Positions 9,919-19,862 of a stretch of DNA of 64,000 bases are shown in pieces (position 1 is the stretch's first letter; each line of letters begins with the position of its first letter). Both the position numbers and the translations under genes were made by a program. Source of the DNA: an uncultured Bacilli bacterium (GTDB lineage Bacteria; Bacillota_I; Bacilli_A; RFN20; CAG-826); assembly GCA_905235515.1 (NCBI GenBank), contig CAJOLV010000001.1, positions 2,170-66,169 on the forward strand. Reading direction: 5' to 3'. Under the pieces are notes generated by a model. That model did not search any database, was not told the DNA's origin, and saw only the letters and a program-made list of their open reading frames with translations.

Positions 9919-11448
9919 ATGACGACAATTCAATATTTGTCTTTAACAAAATCTCAAAGATTTGTAGTCAATGTCGGGAACTTCTTTAAGAATCTCGGCA
10001 AAGGTTTTGTAAACTTCTTTAGAGGATTACCTCTTAAATTTATGAAACTAGGCTACAAGATTGCCGCACCTTTTGTGACCCTTATTGATGCATGGAAAAA
10101 GGGTTCATGGATGGTGAGAATGAATTTTGGTATCTTCGGCTTTTATCAAATCACTCATAAAGAGATAGCGCGTGGGGTGCTTTATCTCCTTTATGAAATC
10201 GTATTTATCTGGTTCTTAGCTAAATTAGGTGTTCCATACCTCGCTAAACTTGGAACATTAGGTACATTCTCTACATCAAGTATGTATTTAGTTGATCCGA
10301 CCTATGGCGTCGCTGATGGTGCCTTTAAATCTGGTGATACATCATTCACCATCTTACTCTACTCCTTAGTGACATTATTCCTTTTAGGAATCTTTGTCGT
10401 CTTATGGTTCTTCTCTATTAGAGATGCAAAATCATTACAAGACAACATCGCTGTTGGTAGAATAAGTAAAAATTCTCAATTCTTTAAAGACTTAATGGAT
10501 AGCAAATATCACACAGTCTTATTAGCTGTCCCATTAGTAGGTCTTGTTACTTTTACAGTTATTCCAATCGTTTTCATGGTCATTACTGGATTCACTAACT
10601 ACAATGGTAGTTCTCGTAACATCCTTTATGATTGGGTTGGTTTTGATAACTATCGTATCCTCTTCTCAGGCTTTGGCTCTGGCGGTGGAATTGTCTCAAT
10701 CTTCTTTAGAATTTTGGGCTGGACACTTTTGTGGGCTATGATTGCGACATTTACAAACTACTTCTTAGGTATGGTTATTGCCTTATTAATTAATAAGAAA
10801 GGCATCAAACTTAAGAAATTATGGAGAACTGTTTTAATCTTCACAATTGCGGTTCCTCAATTCGTTTCCTTAATGTTAATTAACCGTATGTTATCTAACA
10901 CCGGTTTCTTATCCCGTATCTTTGAAACATTTGGTTGGATTGCGGCAAACCACAGTCCATTCGAATATAAGACGCTTTCAAGAATTATCATTATTATCGT
11001 TAACATGTGGGTAGGTGTTCCTTACACAATGCTCATCTGTTCTGGTTTATTAATGAATATTCCTGAAGACTTATATGAATCAGCGAGAATCGATGGTGCT
11101 TCTCCATTTAAGATGTACACTGCGATTACTCTTCCTTATATGTTATTTATCACTGGTCCATATTTGTTATCACAATTCGTTGGTAATATTAATAACTTTA
11201 ATATTATCTACCTCTTATCAGCTGGTCGTCCAAGCTATGGATTATCATCCACACTCGGTTATGGCGATCCTGGCCAAACAGACTTGTTGATTACATGGAT
11301 TTATAAGATGTCTATGGAAAGTGGCGCTGAAAAGAACTACGCGATGGCGTGTGTTCTCGGTGTCTTAGTCTTCTTAGTCATCGCTATATTATCCTTAATC
11401 TTCTATGGACGTAGTAATGCTGTCAAGAATGAGGAGGACTTCCAATAA
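9919..11448 (+). CDS. Maltodextrin ABC permease (MalF/MalC-like)
   Basis: EAA loop LYESARIDGAS, VFMVITGFTNY, NINNFNIIYLL, QTDLLITWIYK. Confidence 0.92.
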   Translation: MTTIQYLSLTKSQRFVVNVGNFFKNLGKGFVNFFRGLPLKFMKLGYKIAAPFVTLIDAWKKGSWMVRMNFGIFGFYQITHKEIARGVLYLLYEIVFIWFLAKLGVPYLAKLGTLGTFSTSSMYLVDPTYGVADGAFKSGDTSFTILLYSLVTLFLLGIFVVLWFFSIRDAKSLQDNIAVGRISKNSQFFKDLMDSKYHTVLLAVPLVGLVTFTVIPIVFMVITGFTNYNGSSRNILYDWVGFDNYRILFSGFGSGGGIVSIFFRILGWTLLWAMIATFTNYFLGMVIALLINKKGIKLKKLWRTVLIFTIAVPQFVSLMLINRMLSNTGFLSRIFETFGWIAANHSPFEYKTLSRIIIIIVNMWVGVPYTMLICSGLLMNIPEDLYESARIDGASPFKMYTAITLPYMLFITGPYLLSQFVGNINNFNIIYLLSAGRPSYGLSSTLGYGDPGQTDLLITWIYKMSMESGAEKNYAMACVLGVLVFLVIAILSLIFYGRSNAVKNEEDFQ

Positions 11449-12305
11449 TGGCTGAAAAGAATTATGCAAGTAAGAGATTCGCAGAAAAATCTCAAAGAGT
11501 CCTTATCTATATCATCCTTACTGTTATAAGTTTGATTTGGATTTTCCCATTCATTTATTTGATTTTCCAATCCTTTGCGGAAGTCGCTAATCCAAAGAGT
11601 ATCTTCCCTGAGAAATGGACATTACAAAACTACGCAACATTATTTTCCTCAACCTCTAAACCATTCTTTAGTTGGTGGATTAATACATTTGTGATTGCTT
11701 TAGCAACAGCAGTCTTACAAACCGTCTTAGTCTTAATGACAGCATATGCTTTATCAAGATTAAGATTTGGTGGTCGTAAAGCTTTAATGAAATTAATCCT
11801 CGTCTTAGGTATGTTCCCAGGTTTCTTAGGCATGTTAGTTAACTACTACATATTGACCTTGCTAGGACTTAATACCTCAATCTTCTCATTGATTGTCGTT
11901 TATGTCGCTAGCAGTGCGATGAGTTATTACATCGCGAAAGGTTTCTTTGATACCGTTCCTAAATCACTTGATGAAGCGGTCATGATTGATGGTGGTTCGA
12001 AGAATACAGTTTTCTGGAAAATCATTTTACCGCTTTCAAAACCAATCATTATTTATACAATCTTGGTCTCATTTACCGCGCCATGGGGCGACTTCATGTT
12101 TGGTAGCTTCATCGCTAGTTCCAGTGACAAGATTACTCCATATAACTATACGGTCGCTGTTGGTTTATCAAGAATCACAGAGGCTAGTGAATATGGCATA
12201 TTTTGCGCTGGTGCGGTAATGGTATCAATTCCAATTGCAGCGTTATTCTTCTGGCTACAACGTTATTACGTTGAAGGTATCGCCGGTGGCGCTGTTAAAG
12301 GATAA
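11448..12305 (+). CDS. Maltodextrin ABC permease (MalG/MalD-like)
   Basis: KGFFDTVPKSLDEAVMIDG, FWKIILPLSKP, YYVEGIAGGAVKG. Confidence 0.93.
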   Translation: MAEKNYASKRFAEKSQRVLIYIILTVISLIWIFPFIYLIFQSFAEVANPKSIFPEKWTLQNYATLFSSTSKPFFSWWINTFVIALATAVLQTVLVLMTAYALSRLRFGGRKALMKLILVLGMFPGFLGMLVNYYILTLLGLNTSIFSLIVVYVASSAMSYYIAKGFFDTVPKSLDEAVMIDGGSKNTVFWKIILPLSKPIIIYTILVSFTAPWGDFMFGSFIASSSDKITPYNYTVAVGLSRITEASEYGIFCAGAVMVSIPIAALFFWLQRYYVEGIAGGAVKG

Positions 12306-12319
12306 TAGGAGGAAGAATT

Positions 12320-14878
12320 ATGGCTTCACTAAAATTAGAACACATTTACAAGGTCTATCCTAACGGACACAAAGCGGTCACTGACTTTAATATGAACATT
12401 AAAGATGGTGAATTTATCGTTTTCGTCGGTCCTTCTGGCTGTGGCAAATCCACAACCTTAAGAATGATCGCAGGTCTTGAAGATATTTCTTCTGGTGAAC
12501 TTTACATTGGTGACACCCTTTGTAATGACTTACAACCAAAGGATAGAGATATCGCAATGGTCTTCCAAAACTATGCCTTGTATCCACATATGACTGTTTA
12601 TGAAAACATGGCCTTTGGCTTAACTTTAAGAAAAGTGCCAAGAACAGAAATCCATGAAAAAGTGATGTGGGCTGCTGATGTCTTAGGCTTAAAAGATTAC
12701 TTAGATAGAAAACCAAAAGCGATGTCTGGTGGTCAAAGACAACGTGTCTCTTTAGGTAGAGCGATTCTTCGTAATCCTAAAGTTATGCTTCTTGATGAAC
12801 CATTATCTAACTTAGATGCTAAGTTAAGAGGTCAAATGAGAAGTATGATCTCTAAACTTCACCAAAACTTAAAGACAACATTTATCTATGTTACCCACGA
12901 CCAAGTCGAGGCTATGACATTAGGTACAAGAGTTGTCGTTATGAAATTAGGTCGTATTCAACAAGTTGACACTCCACAAAACTTATACGATCACCCAATT
13001 AATAAATTCGTTGCTGGATTTATCGGCACTCCACAAATGAACTTCTTTAACGTGACTTTAAAAGAAGAAAAAGATCATGTTGATATCTTGTGGAAAGATT
13101 GTGAACAACCTGCTCTTAAGATTAGTCATGATTCAGTCTTAAAAGCAGAAAGAAAATATCTTAAAGGTGATGTTGATATCACATTAGGTTTTAGATGTGA
13201 AGCCGTCAGCGCAGAAGATATTAATCCAAAAGATGATAACGTTGTTGATGTCATCATCTCTCACTTTGAAGAATTAGGCAATGAAACACTTATCTATGGT
13301 GACTTAAAAGAAGTTGAAGGCTTAGGTGGTGAATCTTCGACAAGTATCATTATCAAAGCTCCATCTAAGATGGGTCATGTTCCAGGCGATGTCATTAAAG
13401 CAAAGATTGATGTTGAAAAAATCCACTTATTCGATAGTCAAACAGAGATGACAATCGTGCCACCTATCCCAGATGAAAATGTGATGCCAATCAACATTTT
13501 AGATGGTCAAATGGATTTATTTGGTAAAGGCAAAAAACCAGAATCTATCCCAGTGGAATTTATTAAAGATGGATTTATTGCTTTACCATTAAGTGCTTTA
13601 AAACAAGATGGCAATGGCTCTGCTGAAGGCAAAGTCTTATTACTTGAGGACCATGGCGAAGCTGGCTTATTAGCAATGCTACAAATCGCTGATAAGAAAC
13701 TCTTTGCGTTTGTCAAAGAAGGCACAAAAGTGGGCGATAAAGTGAAATTCTTAGTCGACTACTCAAAAGCCACATTCCGCGATGCGGAAAATAAGACTAT
13801 CGCTTTACCATTACCAGAAAGAGATAATCTTAAAGCAACATTTGTCAACTTAAAGACCGCTCACGAAGTCACTCAAGATGATAACTTCTTAAAGATTCAA
13901 GAAGAAAGAGTGCAAAAAGTTGAAGAAGAATATCAACAAAAATTCGAAGATTTCAATAAAGAAAAAGAATCTGCTTTAGCGGAAGCCAAAGCTAAACAAG
14001 ATGCTGCTCAAGCTGGTTTAAGACAAAAACAAGCGGAAATGAATAAGAAAAACGCTGAATTAAATGAAGAATTGAAACAAGCTTCTGCACAATATAGAAC
14101 TGACTTAAAAGAAATTAAAGCTAGACACGCTCAAATTGCTAAAGAAGAAATGGCAAAGATTGATGCAATGTATAAGAAGATGTGGGAAGATGAAGGCTCT
14201 GACTACAAACGCGCGATGGCGAATAATAAGGATTATGAATCGCGCAAGGCGAGAAAGATGTCCTTCCAAGTCTTTAAAGAAAGCTTCCCACAAATGAAAG
14301 CTAATGACATTGAAAGAAAGACAAATTCATTAGAATTTGATAAAGAAACTGAAGTCAATGGCGTGAAAGCAAGATTCTCTCAAAAGAAAAACTTATTGAA
14401 AGAAACCATTAAAGAAAATAAAGTCAACTTTGAAAAAGAGAATTATCCATTAAAAGTTGCACAAATAGAATTTGATGCTAAAGAAAAAGAATTACTTGCT
14501 AAGAAAGATCATGATATCTTACACGCTAAACTTATCTTCTTCTTTAAATCCGGTGATTTCTATCAAATCATTCCAGATGACATTACTGCAAAAATTATTC
14601 AAGGTTTAGGAAACCGTGTCTTCACTAAAGTCTTTAGAGTGGAAGTTCCACATAATGGCTTTGTGGAAGAAGAAGGTGCTCTTGAATTCCAAGTCGTCTC
14701 TAATGTCAACTATGGTGACGCCAAGATGTATAAATGCATAGGCGAATTATATGGTGAAAAAGTGACCGTCTTTATTAATAAAGAAAGAGAAATTGAAGTC
14801 GGTGCGAAGATTTACCTCAAACCAAAACTTGAAGAGACCCAAATCTACGAGGATGAACTTAACATTAGGTTATACTAA
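12320..14878 (+). CDS. Sugar ABC ATPase (MalK/MsmX family) with a ~480 aa C-terminal extension
   Basis: GPSGCGKS, MSGGQRQR, LLDEPLSNLDAKLR, YVTHDQVEAMT, FVAGFIGTPQMN; then further TOBE-like segments and a ~210 aa charged coiled coil. Confidence 0.92.
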   Translation: MASLKLEHIYKVYPNGHKAVTDFNMNIKDGEFIVFVGPSGCGKSTTLRMIAGLEDISSGELYIGDTLCNDLQPKDRDIAMVFQNYALYPHMTVYENMAFGLTLRKVPRTEIHEKVMWAADVLGLKDYLDRKPKAMSGGQRQRVSLGRAILRNPKVMLLDEPLSNLDAKLRGQMRSMISKLHQNLKTTFIYVTHDQVEAMTLGTRVVVMKLGRIQQVDTPQNLYDHPINKFVAGFIGTPQMNFFNVTLKEEKDHVDILWKDCEQPALKISHDSVLKAERKYLKGDVDITLGFRCEAVSAEDINPKDDNVVDVIISHFEELGNETLIYGDLKEVEGLGGESSTSIIIKAPSKMGHVPGDVIKAKIDVEKIHLFDSQTEMTIVPPIPDENVMPINILDGQMDLFGKGKKPESIPVEFIKDGFIALPLSALKQDGNGSAEGKVLLLEDHGEAGLLAMLQIADKKLFAFVKEGTKVGDKVKFLVDYSKATFRDAENKTIALPLPERDNLKATFVNLKTAHEVTQDDNFLKIQEERVQKVEEEYQQKFEDFNKEKESALAEAKAKQDAAQAGLRQKQAEMNKKNAELNEELKQASAQYRTDLKEIKARHAQIAKEEMAKIDAMYKKMWEDEGSDYKRAMANNKDYESRKARKMSFQVFKESFPQMKANDIERKTNSLEFDKETEVNGVKARFSQKKNLLKETIKENKVNFEKENYPLKVAQIEFDAKEKELLAKKDHDILHAKLIFFFKSGDFYQIIPDDITAKIIQGLGNRVFTKVFRVEVPHNGFVEEEGALEFQVVSNVNYGDAKMYKCIGELYGEKVTVFINKEREIEVGAKIYLKPKLEETQIYEDELNIRLY

Positions 14879-14879
14879 T

Positions 14880-15695
14880 ATGAAAAAGAAACTAGTTTTA
14901 TTATTATTGACTCCTCTTCTCTTGACGAGCTGTTCAAAAAACTCGGTCTCTTTTGAGCAACTCAAAGCCCATATTGATAACATCGCTGATAGTGGAGAGC
15001 ATCCATATTATCGAGTTAATGGCTCATTAGATTTTAATGGCAGGGTGACTGAGATAGGCGAAGAAGATGGATTGTTTGATCGAAATCCTAACGGCATTAG
15101 TTACGTCGCTAATTCGCGTTATTATGAGGGTTTTTATAATGCTTTTACAACCGATAGTGATGTTGAAGATGAATCACAAGTCGTCATCTTTGCAATGGCC
15201 TCACGTTCTTATTGGTTAAGAGCCCCGTTACGCATCCATAAAGATAACTTCTCAGTGATGTTAAAAGATGAAAATGGTAATGATACCGACGTAGAAAATC
15301 CAACATGCGCTCATCATTATTTAGATTATTTAATTTGTGCGTGGTTAGACGCTAGTGGGTCAGTTAATCCATCAAAGAATAAACCATATTATGAAGTTTT
15401 ACCTGATGGTGGATTCGCCATCGGTGGCAAAGGTGTCCGCACCAAAGTCACTATTGATAATTACCCATATTATCTCAATTATGCAAAGCATCCAGAACTT
15501 GGAGAATGGGATGAATATGAACCATTACCATGCTATAAAAGCGTAGTAGATGGTAGATTTGACATCCGCTTTGAGTATGACGCTCAAGGCTGGCTGAAGT
15601 CCGAAACACTTCAAACTGTTGACTATAATTATCGTGATGAAATTGATAGTCAAGTGGCCTTAAAATCCGTTTATACCTATAAATTCTCAGACTAA
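14880..15695 (+). CDS. Hypothetical lipoprotein
   Basis: ATG at 14880 gives MKKKLVLLLLTPLLLTSC (lipobox). The track start at 14793 lies inside the ATPase gene. Confidence 0.75.
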   Translation: MKKKLVLLLLTPLLLTSCSKNSVSFEQLKAHIDNIADSGEHPYYRVNGSLDFNGRVTEIGEEDGLFDRNPNGISYVANSRYYEGFYNAFTTDSDVEDESQVVIFAMASRSYWLRAPLRIHKDNFSVMLKDENGNDTDVENPTCAHHYLDYLICAWLDASGSVNPSKNKPYYEVLPDGGFAIGGKGVRTKVTIDNYPYYLNYAKHPELGEWDEYEPLPCYKSVVDGRFDIRFEYDAQGWLKSETLQTVDYNYRDEIDSQVALKSVYTYKFSD

Positions 15696-16363
15696 TGAAA
15701 CGAAGATTTATTACAATTCTTATTCCTGTAATATCTCTTCTTACATCGTGTGTGAGAAACAATTTGAGAAGCGATATTATAGATTTCATCGCTTCTTTTT
15801 CTATTGATTTAGCGGTGGAGAACTACCCTGCAGCGAGCTATTCTCGTGAGGATATTTCCATTGAAAATAATGTCACTTCCAAGGTGTTAACGACCATGAC
15901 AATTAATCGGAAAAATGAGGACAATTTAGTCTATGATTTTTCCAAAATTACCTTAGAAGGAGATGAGCAAAAAAGTAATCTTCATCGCTATATTGAAAAA
16001 AGTGAAGAAAAATATTTTTTCATCAGTGAAGATGGAAAATTAGAAAAAACCAAAGAACAAGTTAATGCCTTACTTAACGACTTTTTCTACACCTCTTCTA
16101 CCGAAGGAATTTACACAGGTGGGATGTTTATGGGGGATGCTTTTAGAGAAATTCTTCCAGACATTCAAGACCTAGTAACGATTGATTCTGAGAATAAACT
16201 ATTAGTTTATTCTTACGTTAATCTGATGAATGATGAAAATAAAGAGGTAAGAATTGAACAAACTGTCACTCTTGATCAGTATGGAATGCTCGTTAAAGAG
16301 GATATGAAAAAGACCTCTGATTTAGGGGTATTTGAGACCCATATTGAGGTCAAAAAACTTTGA
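15695..16363 (+). CDS. Hypothetical lipoprotein
   Basis: MKRRFITILIPVISLLTSC lipobox; TAATG coupling to the upstream gene. Confidence 0.75.
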   Translation: MKRRFITILIPVISLLTSCVRNNLRSDIIDFIASFSIDLAVENYPAASYSREDISIENNVTSKVLTTMTINRKNEDNLVYDFSKITLEGDEQKSNLHRYIEKSEEKYFFISEDGKLEKTKEQVNALLNDFFYTSSTEGIYTGGMFMGDAFREILPDIQDLVTIDSENKLLVYSYVNLMNDENKEVRIEQTVTLDQYGMLVKEDMKKTSDLGVFETHIEVKKL

Positions 16364-16389
16364 TTTTTTGCCCTCATTTTTTTCTTACG

Positions 16390-16424
16390 CACGCGTTGAC
16401 CTACGCGTGAAATGTGTTTATACT
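16390..16424 (+). promoter_or_regulatory. SigmaA promoter with a palindromic operator candidate over the -35
   Basis: TTGACC (16396-16401), 17 bp, TATACT (16419-16424). CACGCGT-N6-ACGCGTG spans 16390-16409. Confidence 0.75.
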
Positions 16425-16464
16425 AATAGTAAATATACTATTCGTCCAAAAAAGGAGAATTCTT

Positions 16465-19400
16465 ATGGCAAAGAAATTTTTAGTTCCTTTTGTTCTTGCG
16501 TGCATGATGCTTTCTGCGTGCTCGGGCGTTATGGTGCCAGTCGATGTTGAAGAAGTTCAAGATCAATTTCAGATTGATTTAATTTCCTCAATGAATCTCT
16601 ATGTTGGATCAAGCGAGAAATTAATTCTCGATATTCAACCACTTTCTGGTAGTGATGTGAATGTTGGTGAACTCGAAGTTAAATGGGTAAACAGCAATTC
16701 ACAAGTTATCACTGTCAGCGACTCAAAGTCGACAGAAGTCACTGTTACTGGTTTAAGTAGTGGTGACGCCACCGTGACCGCATTAGTTGGTACTCAAGCT
16801 GCAGCAACCTGCCGCATTAATGTTTCCGGAAGTAGAAAAGCGACAGTGGAAATTACTGGTCTTTCTATTACCGAAGAAAGCAAAGATTTTATTTATGATG
16901 AAGGCGGAAGCAATAACTCCTTTGGTTTAATCGCGACTGTCAGCACCAATCCTGCTAACGCCAATGTAGCAGTAAACTGGAGCAGCACTGTCACAAGTGT
17001 TGCTACTGTGACCCCAAGAGGCAATAACGTCACAGTTAATGTTCTTGGTCCAGGTGAAACTGATATCGTGGCAACCTTAGGTCAATATTCCGCAAGATGC
17101 AAATTAAGTGTTACTTCCTCTAGTGACCCAGTTACCATTTCTGTCAGTTTAAATAAACAATCTTTATCAATGGAAGTTGGTGATACTGAAACCTTAGTGG
17201 AAACTCATAAAGGCCAAGTTGAATATGTCAGATGGCAATCTAGCAACCAAGCTGTTGCTAAGGTTGAACAAAATGGTCAAGTAACCGCTATGGCAGAAGG
17301 ACAAGCAACAATCTCAGTTTCTGTCTCTGATGGTGTTGATACAAAAACTGCAGCATGTTTAGTTAATGTTGCACCTGCTGGCAGCAGTGGTGAATATGAC
17401 GATAACTTACCAGCAAGCTTAAAACAAGCTGGACACATCTATTTCCATTACTTGAGAACAAGTAGCCCAGCCGAATATGACAATTGGGCTTTATGGATTT
17501 GGCAGTCATTCCCACAAAGCTTAGAAGGTAGCTTATGGGGCGCTAATGCAAGCCATTTCAATTCTACAACTCCAATTAAACCTGAAAACCTCCAATCCTT
17601 AGGCTATATGACCAATGCCCAAGTCAATGGTGGTGATAATAATCCTTACGCGGACGAATACGGAAGAATTATTGATGTCGACTTAAAAGCGACAAATATT
17701 AAAGGTGGTAAGACTGGTAAAGAGGCCCCACTTATCAGTGATTGGGATCAAACCATTCTTAATAAAACAGACTTAGGTTTCTTAGTGGTTGACCAAACCA
17801 AGATGACTGGTGAATCAATGTGGACATCTGATGGTTCTGGTGAAACATTCATTAAGAAGTTAGGTAAAAAATATGAATACACTGCTGATAAATACTTACA
17901 CGTTTATCTCGTGGAAGGTAATGTCAGTAACTTTACAACTGCTTCTGGTAAACAAGTCGTTAATAATCCAACATTAACTGACCAAACTGGTATGTATAGA
18001 AGCACAGATGATCAATCCTTGTTAACTAGAGACGATTACACAAAGGGTGTCTCCACATCCACAACGTTCAAACAAGATCGTCCAGGTGTTGGTTATCAAA
18101 TCTTTGTTCCATCTTATGCTGATAGTGATGGCGATGGATTTGGTGATTTAAGAGGTATCATCAATAAACTTGATTACATTAAAAACGATGTTGGAGCGGA
18201 AGTCTTATGGCTCACTCCTATTCAAGAATCTAATAGTTATCACGGCTATGATGTTACAGACTACTACAAGATTGATAGTAGATTTGGTACTTTAGAAGAT
18301 TATCAAGAACTCCTCTACAGAGCCCACAAACTCGGTATGAAGGTTTTAATGGATATGGTTATTAACCATACTTCTAAGAGTAACGTTTTATTCAAGAAAT
18401 CAGAAGCTGCAGTAACAGAAGTGGTTAACGGTAAAGAAATTAATTACCGTGATATGTACTTATGGAAATATAAGACTGATAAAGTAATGGTCTGGGATCA
18501 AACAAGTACAAGCACCACAACAACCCTTGCCAACTACAAAGAAGTAGCAGTGTCCTCTAAAGATTGTGAAAATCAATGGTTCAAAGATGGCACATCTGAT
18601 TATTATTACTTCGGTAAATTTGGTAGTGGCATGGCGGAACTTAACTATAACTGTCAAGCAACTAGAGACTATATGACTGATATGTGCAAATATTGGTTAT
18701 CATTTGGTCTTGATGGTTTCAGACTTGACGCGATTAAACATATTTACCTATTAGGTGAATTAGATCCAAACCTCAAGAGTGTCATTGGTCAACACCATGT
18801 CACATATGACGTTGGTCAAAAACATTATTGGAATGAAGAAATGGGTAAATATGATGATATGCCAAACGACTATTCATACGATTTAGAAATGAATGTCATG
18901 TTCTGGAAACAATTCTCCGGATGCTTAAAAGCATCTTATCCAAACTGTTTCTTAGTTGGTGAAAACTTTGATGGTTGGGATGCCCGTATGGCGCCATTCT
19001 ATGAAGCAATTGATTCTCAATTCGACTTCTCCACCTTCTATCACTTAAATGAAAGAAAAGAAGATTCGATGGGTAGTTCTATTGAAGTCTCCTTAGGAGA
19101 ATATAAAGCATATAGAAGTGACCTCATTAATGGTGCTTATACATCTAACCATGACGTTGCTAGAATGCTCAACCACGCAGCAGCACATGACGCAGATGTA
19201 GCACAAGCATACGCTGGTAACCCAGGTAATGTTACACATCACGCTGAAGTGAATAATAGCAATAAAGACCGCGCTAATAATGTCGCAAGATATTACGCCG
19301 CAATGACAATCTTAGCGCCAGGTGTCAGCTGGATTTATTATGGCGATGAAATCGGTTTAGCTGGTAATACAAAAGATGCTGTCCAAGATAGCCGTGGTGA

Positions 19401-19848
19401 TATCTATAATGACCATGGCAATAACATTGATAGATGGTATCGTCAACCAATGAGATGGGGCACTACTAAAGGCTCTGATGGTGTTGTTGATTACACCTTT
19501 GGTGGTATTGAAGTTCTCTGGGACTTCTATAACCAAAACTTAGCGACAGTGCCCGAACAAAAAGCTGACGATAATTCAATGCTCAATTATTTCAAAGCAT
19601 TATGCTCAGTGAAGAATAACGATGCTTATCCAACATATGGATTTGTCTCTGGTACAGGTTCTATCAATGGACAAGAAGCCACTGCTAAATTCGATGTCAG
19701 TGATGGCACTCGTACAGTCTCTGTCTTTGTAAACAATAGAGATGAAGCTGTCTCCTTCTCAATGTTGGGATATAGCTTATTAGGCTGCTCTATCGGAGGT
19801 AGCGCAACCACCGTACCGGCTCATGGCTTTGTGGTAATGAAGAAGTAA
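16465..19848 (+). CDS. Cell-surface GH13 alpha-amylase lipoprotein (3 Big_2, CBM41/PUD-like module, GH13)
   Basis: RBS AGGAGA and ATG at 16465; lipobox MLSAC; YQIFVPSYADSDGDGFGDL, YHGYDVTDY, GFRLDAIKH, LVGENF, SNHDVAR; HIYFHYLR...YDNWALWIW resembles CBM41. Confidence 0.9.
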   Translation: MAKKFLVPFVLACMMLSACSGVMVPVDVEEVQDQFQIDLISSMNLYVGSSEKLILDIQPLSGSDVNVGELEVKWVNSNSQVITVSDSKSTEVTVTGLSSGDATVTALVGTQAAATCRINVSGSRKATVEITGLSITEESKDFIYDEGGSNNSFGLIATVSTNPANANVAVNWSSTVTSVATVTPRGNNVTVNVLGPGETDIVATLGQYSARCKLSVTSSSDPVTISVSLNKQSLSMEVGDTETLVETHKGQVEYVRWQSSNQAVAKVEQNGQVTAMAEGQATISVSVSDGVDTKTAACLVNVAPAGSSGEYDDNLPASLKQAGHIYFHYLRTSSPAEYDNWALWIWQSFPQSLEGSLWGANASHFNSTTPIKPENLQSLGYMTNAQVNGGDNNPYADEYGRIIDVDLKATNIKGGKTGKEAPLISDWDQTILNKTDLGFLVVDQTKMTGESMWTSDGSGETFIKKLGKKYEYTADKYLHVYLVEGNVSNFTTASGKQVVNNPTLTDQTGMYRSTDDQSLLTRDDYTKGVSTSTTFKQDRPGVGYQIFVPSYADSDGDGFGDLRGIINKLDYIKNDVGAEVLWLTPIQESNSYHGYDVTDYYKIDSRFGTLEDYQELLYRAHKLGMKVLMDMVINHTSKSNVLFKKSEAAVTEVVNGKEINYRDMYLWKYKTDKVMVWDQTSTSTTTTLANYKEVAVSSKDCENQWFKDGTSDYYYFGKFGSGMAELNYNCQATRDYMTDMCKYWLSFGLDGFRLDAIKHIYLLGELDPNLKSVIGQHHVTYDVGQKHYWNEEMGKYDDMPNDYSYDLEMNVMFWKQFSGCLKASYPNCFLVGENFDGWDARMAPFYEAIDSQFDFSTFYHLNERKEDSMGSSIEVSLGEYKAYRSDLINGAYTSNHDVARMLNHAAAHDADVAQAYAGNPGNVTHHAEVNNSNKDRANNVARYYAAMTILAPGVSWIYYGDEIGLAGNTKDAVQDSRGDIYNDHGNNIDRWYRQPMRWGTTKGSDGVVDYTFGGIEVLWDFYNQNLATVPEQKADDNSMLNYFKALCSVKNNDAYPTYGFVSGTGSINGQEATAKFDVSDGTRTVSVFVNNRDEAVSFSMLGYSLLGCSIGGSATTVPAHGFVVMKK

Positions 19849-19862
19849 GGAGGTAACTAACG

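Noticed and set aside
14793-14879. Track start for the 300 aa ORF
   Set aside because: It lies inside the ATPase gene; the ATG at 14880 gives a clean lipoprotein signal.
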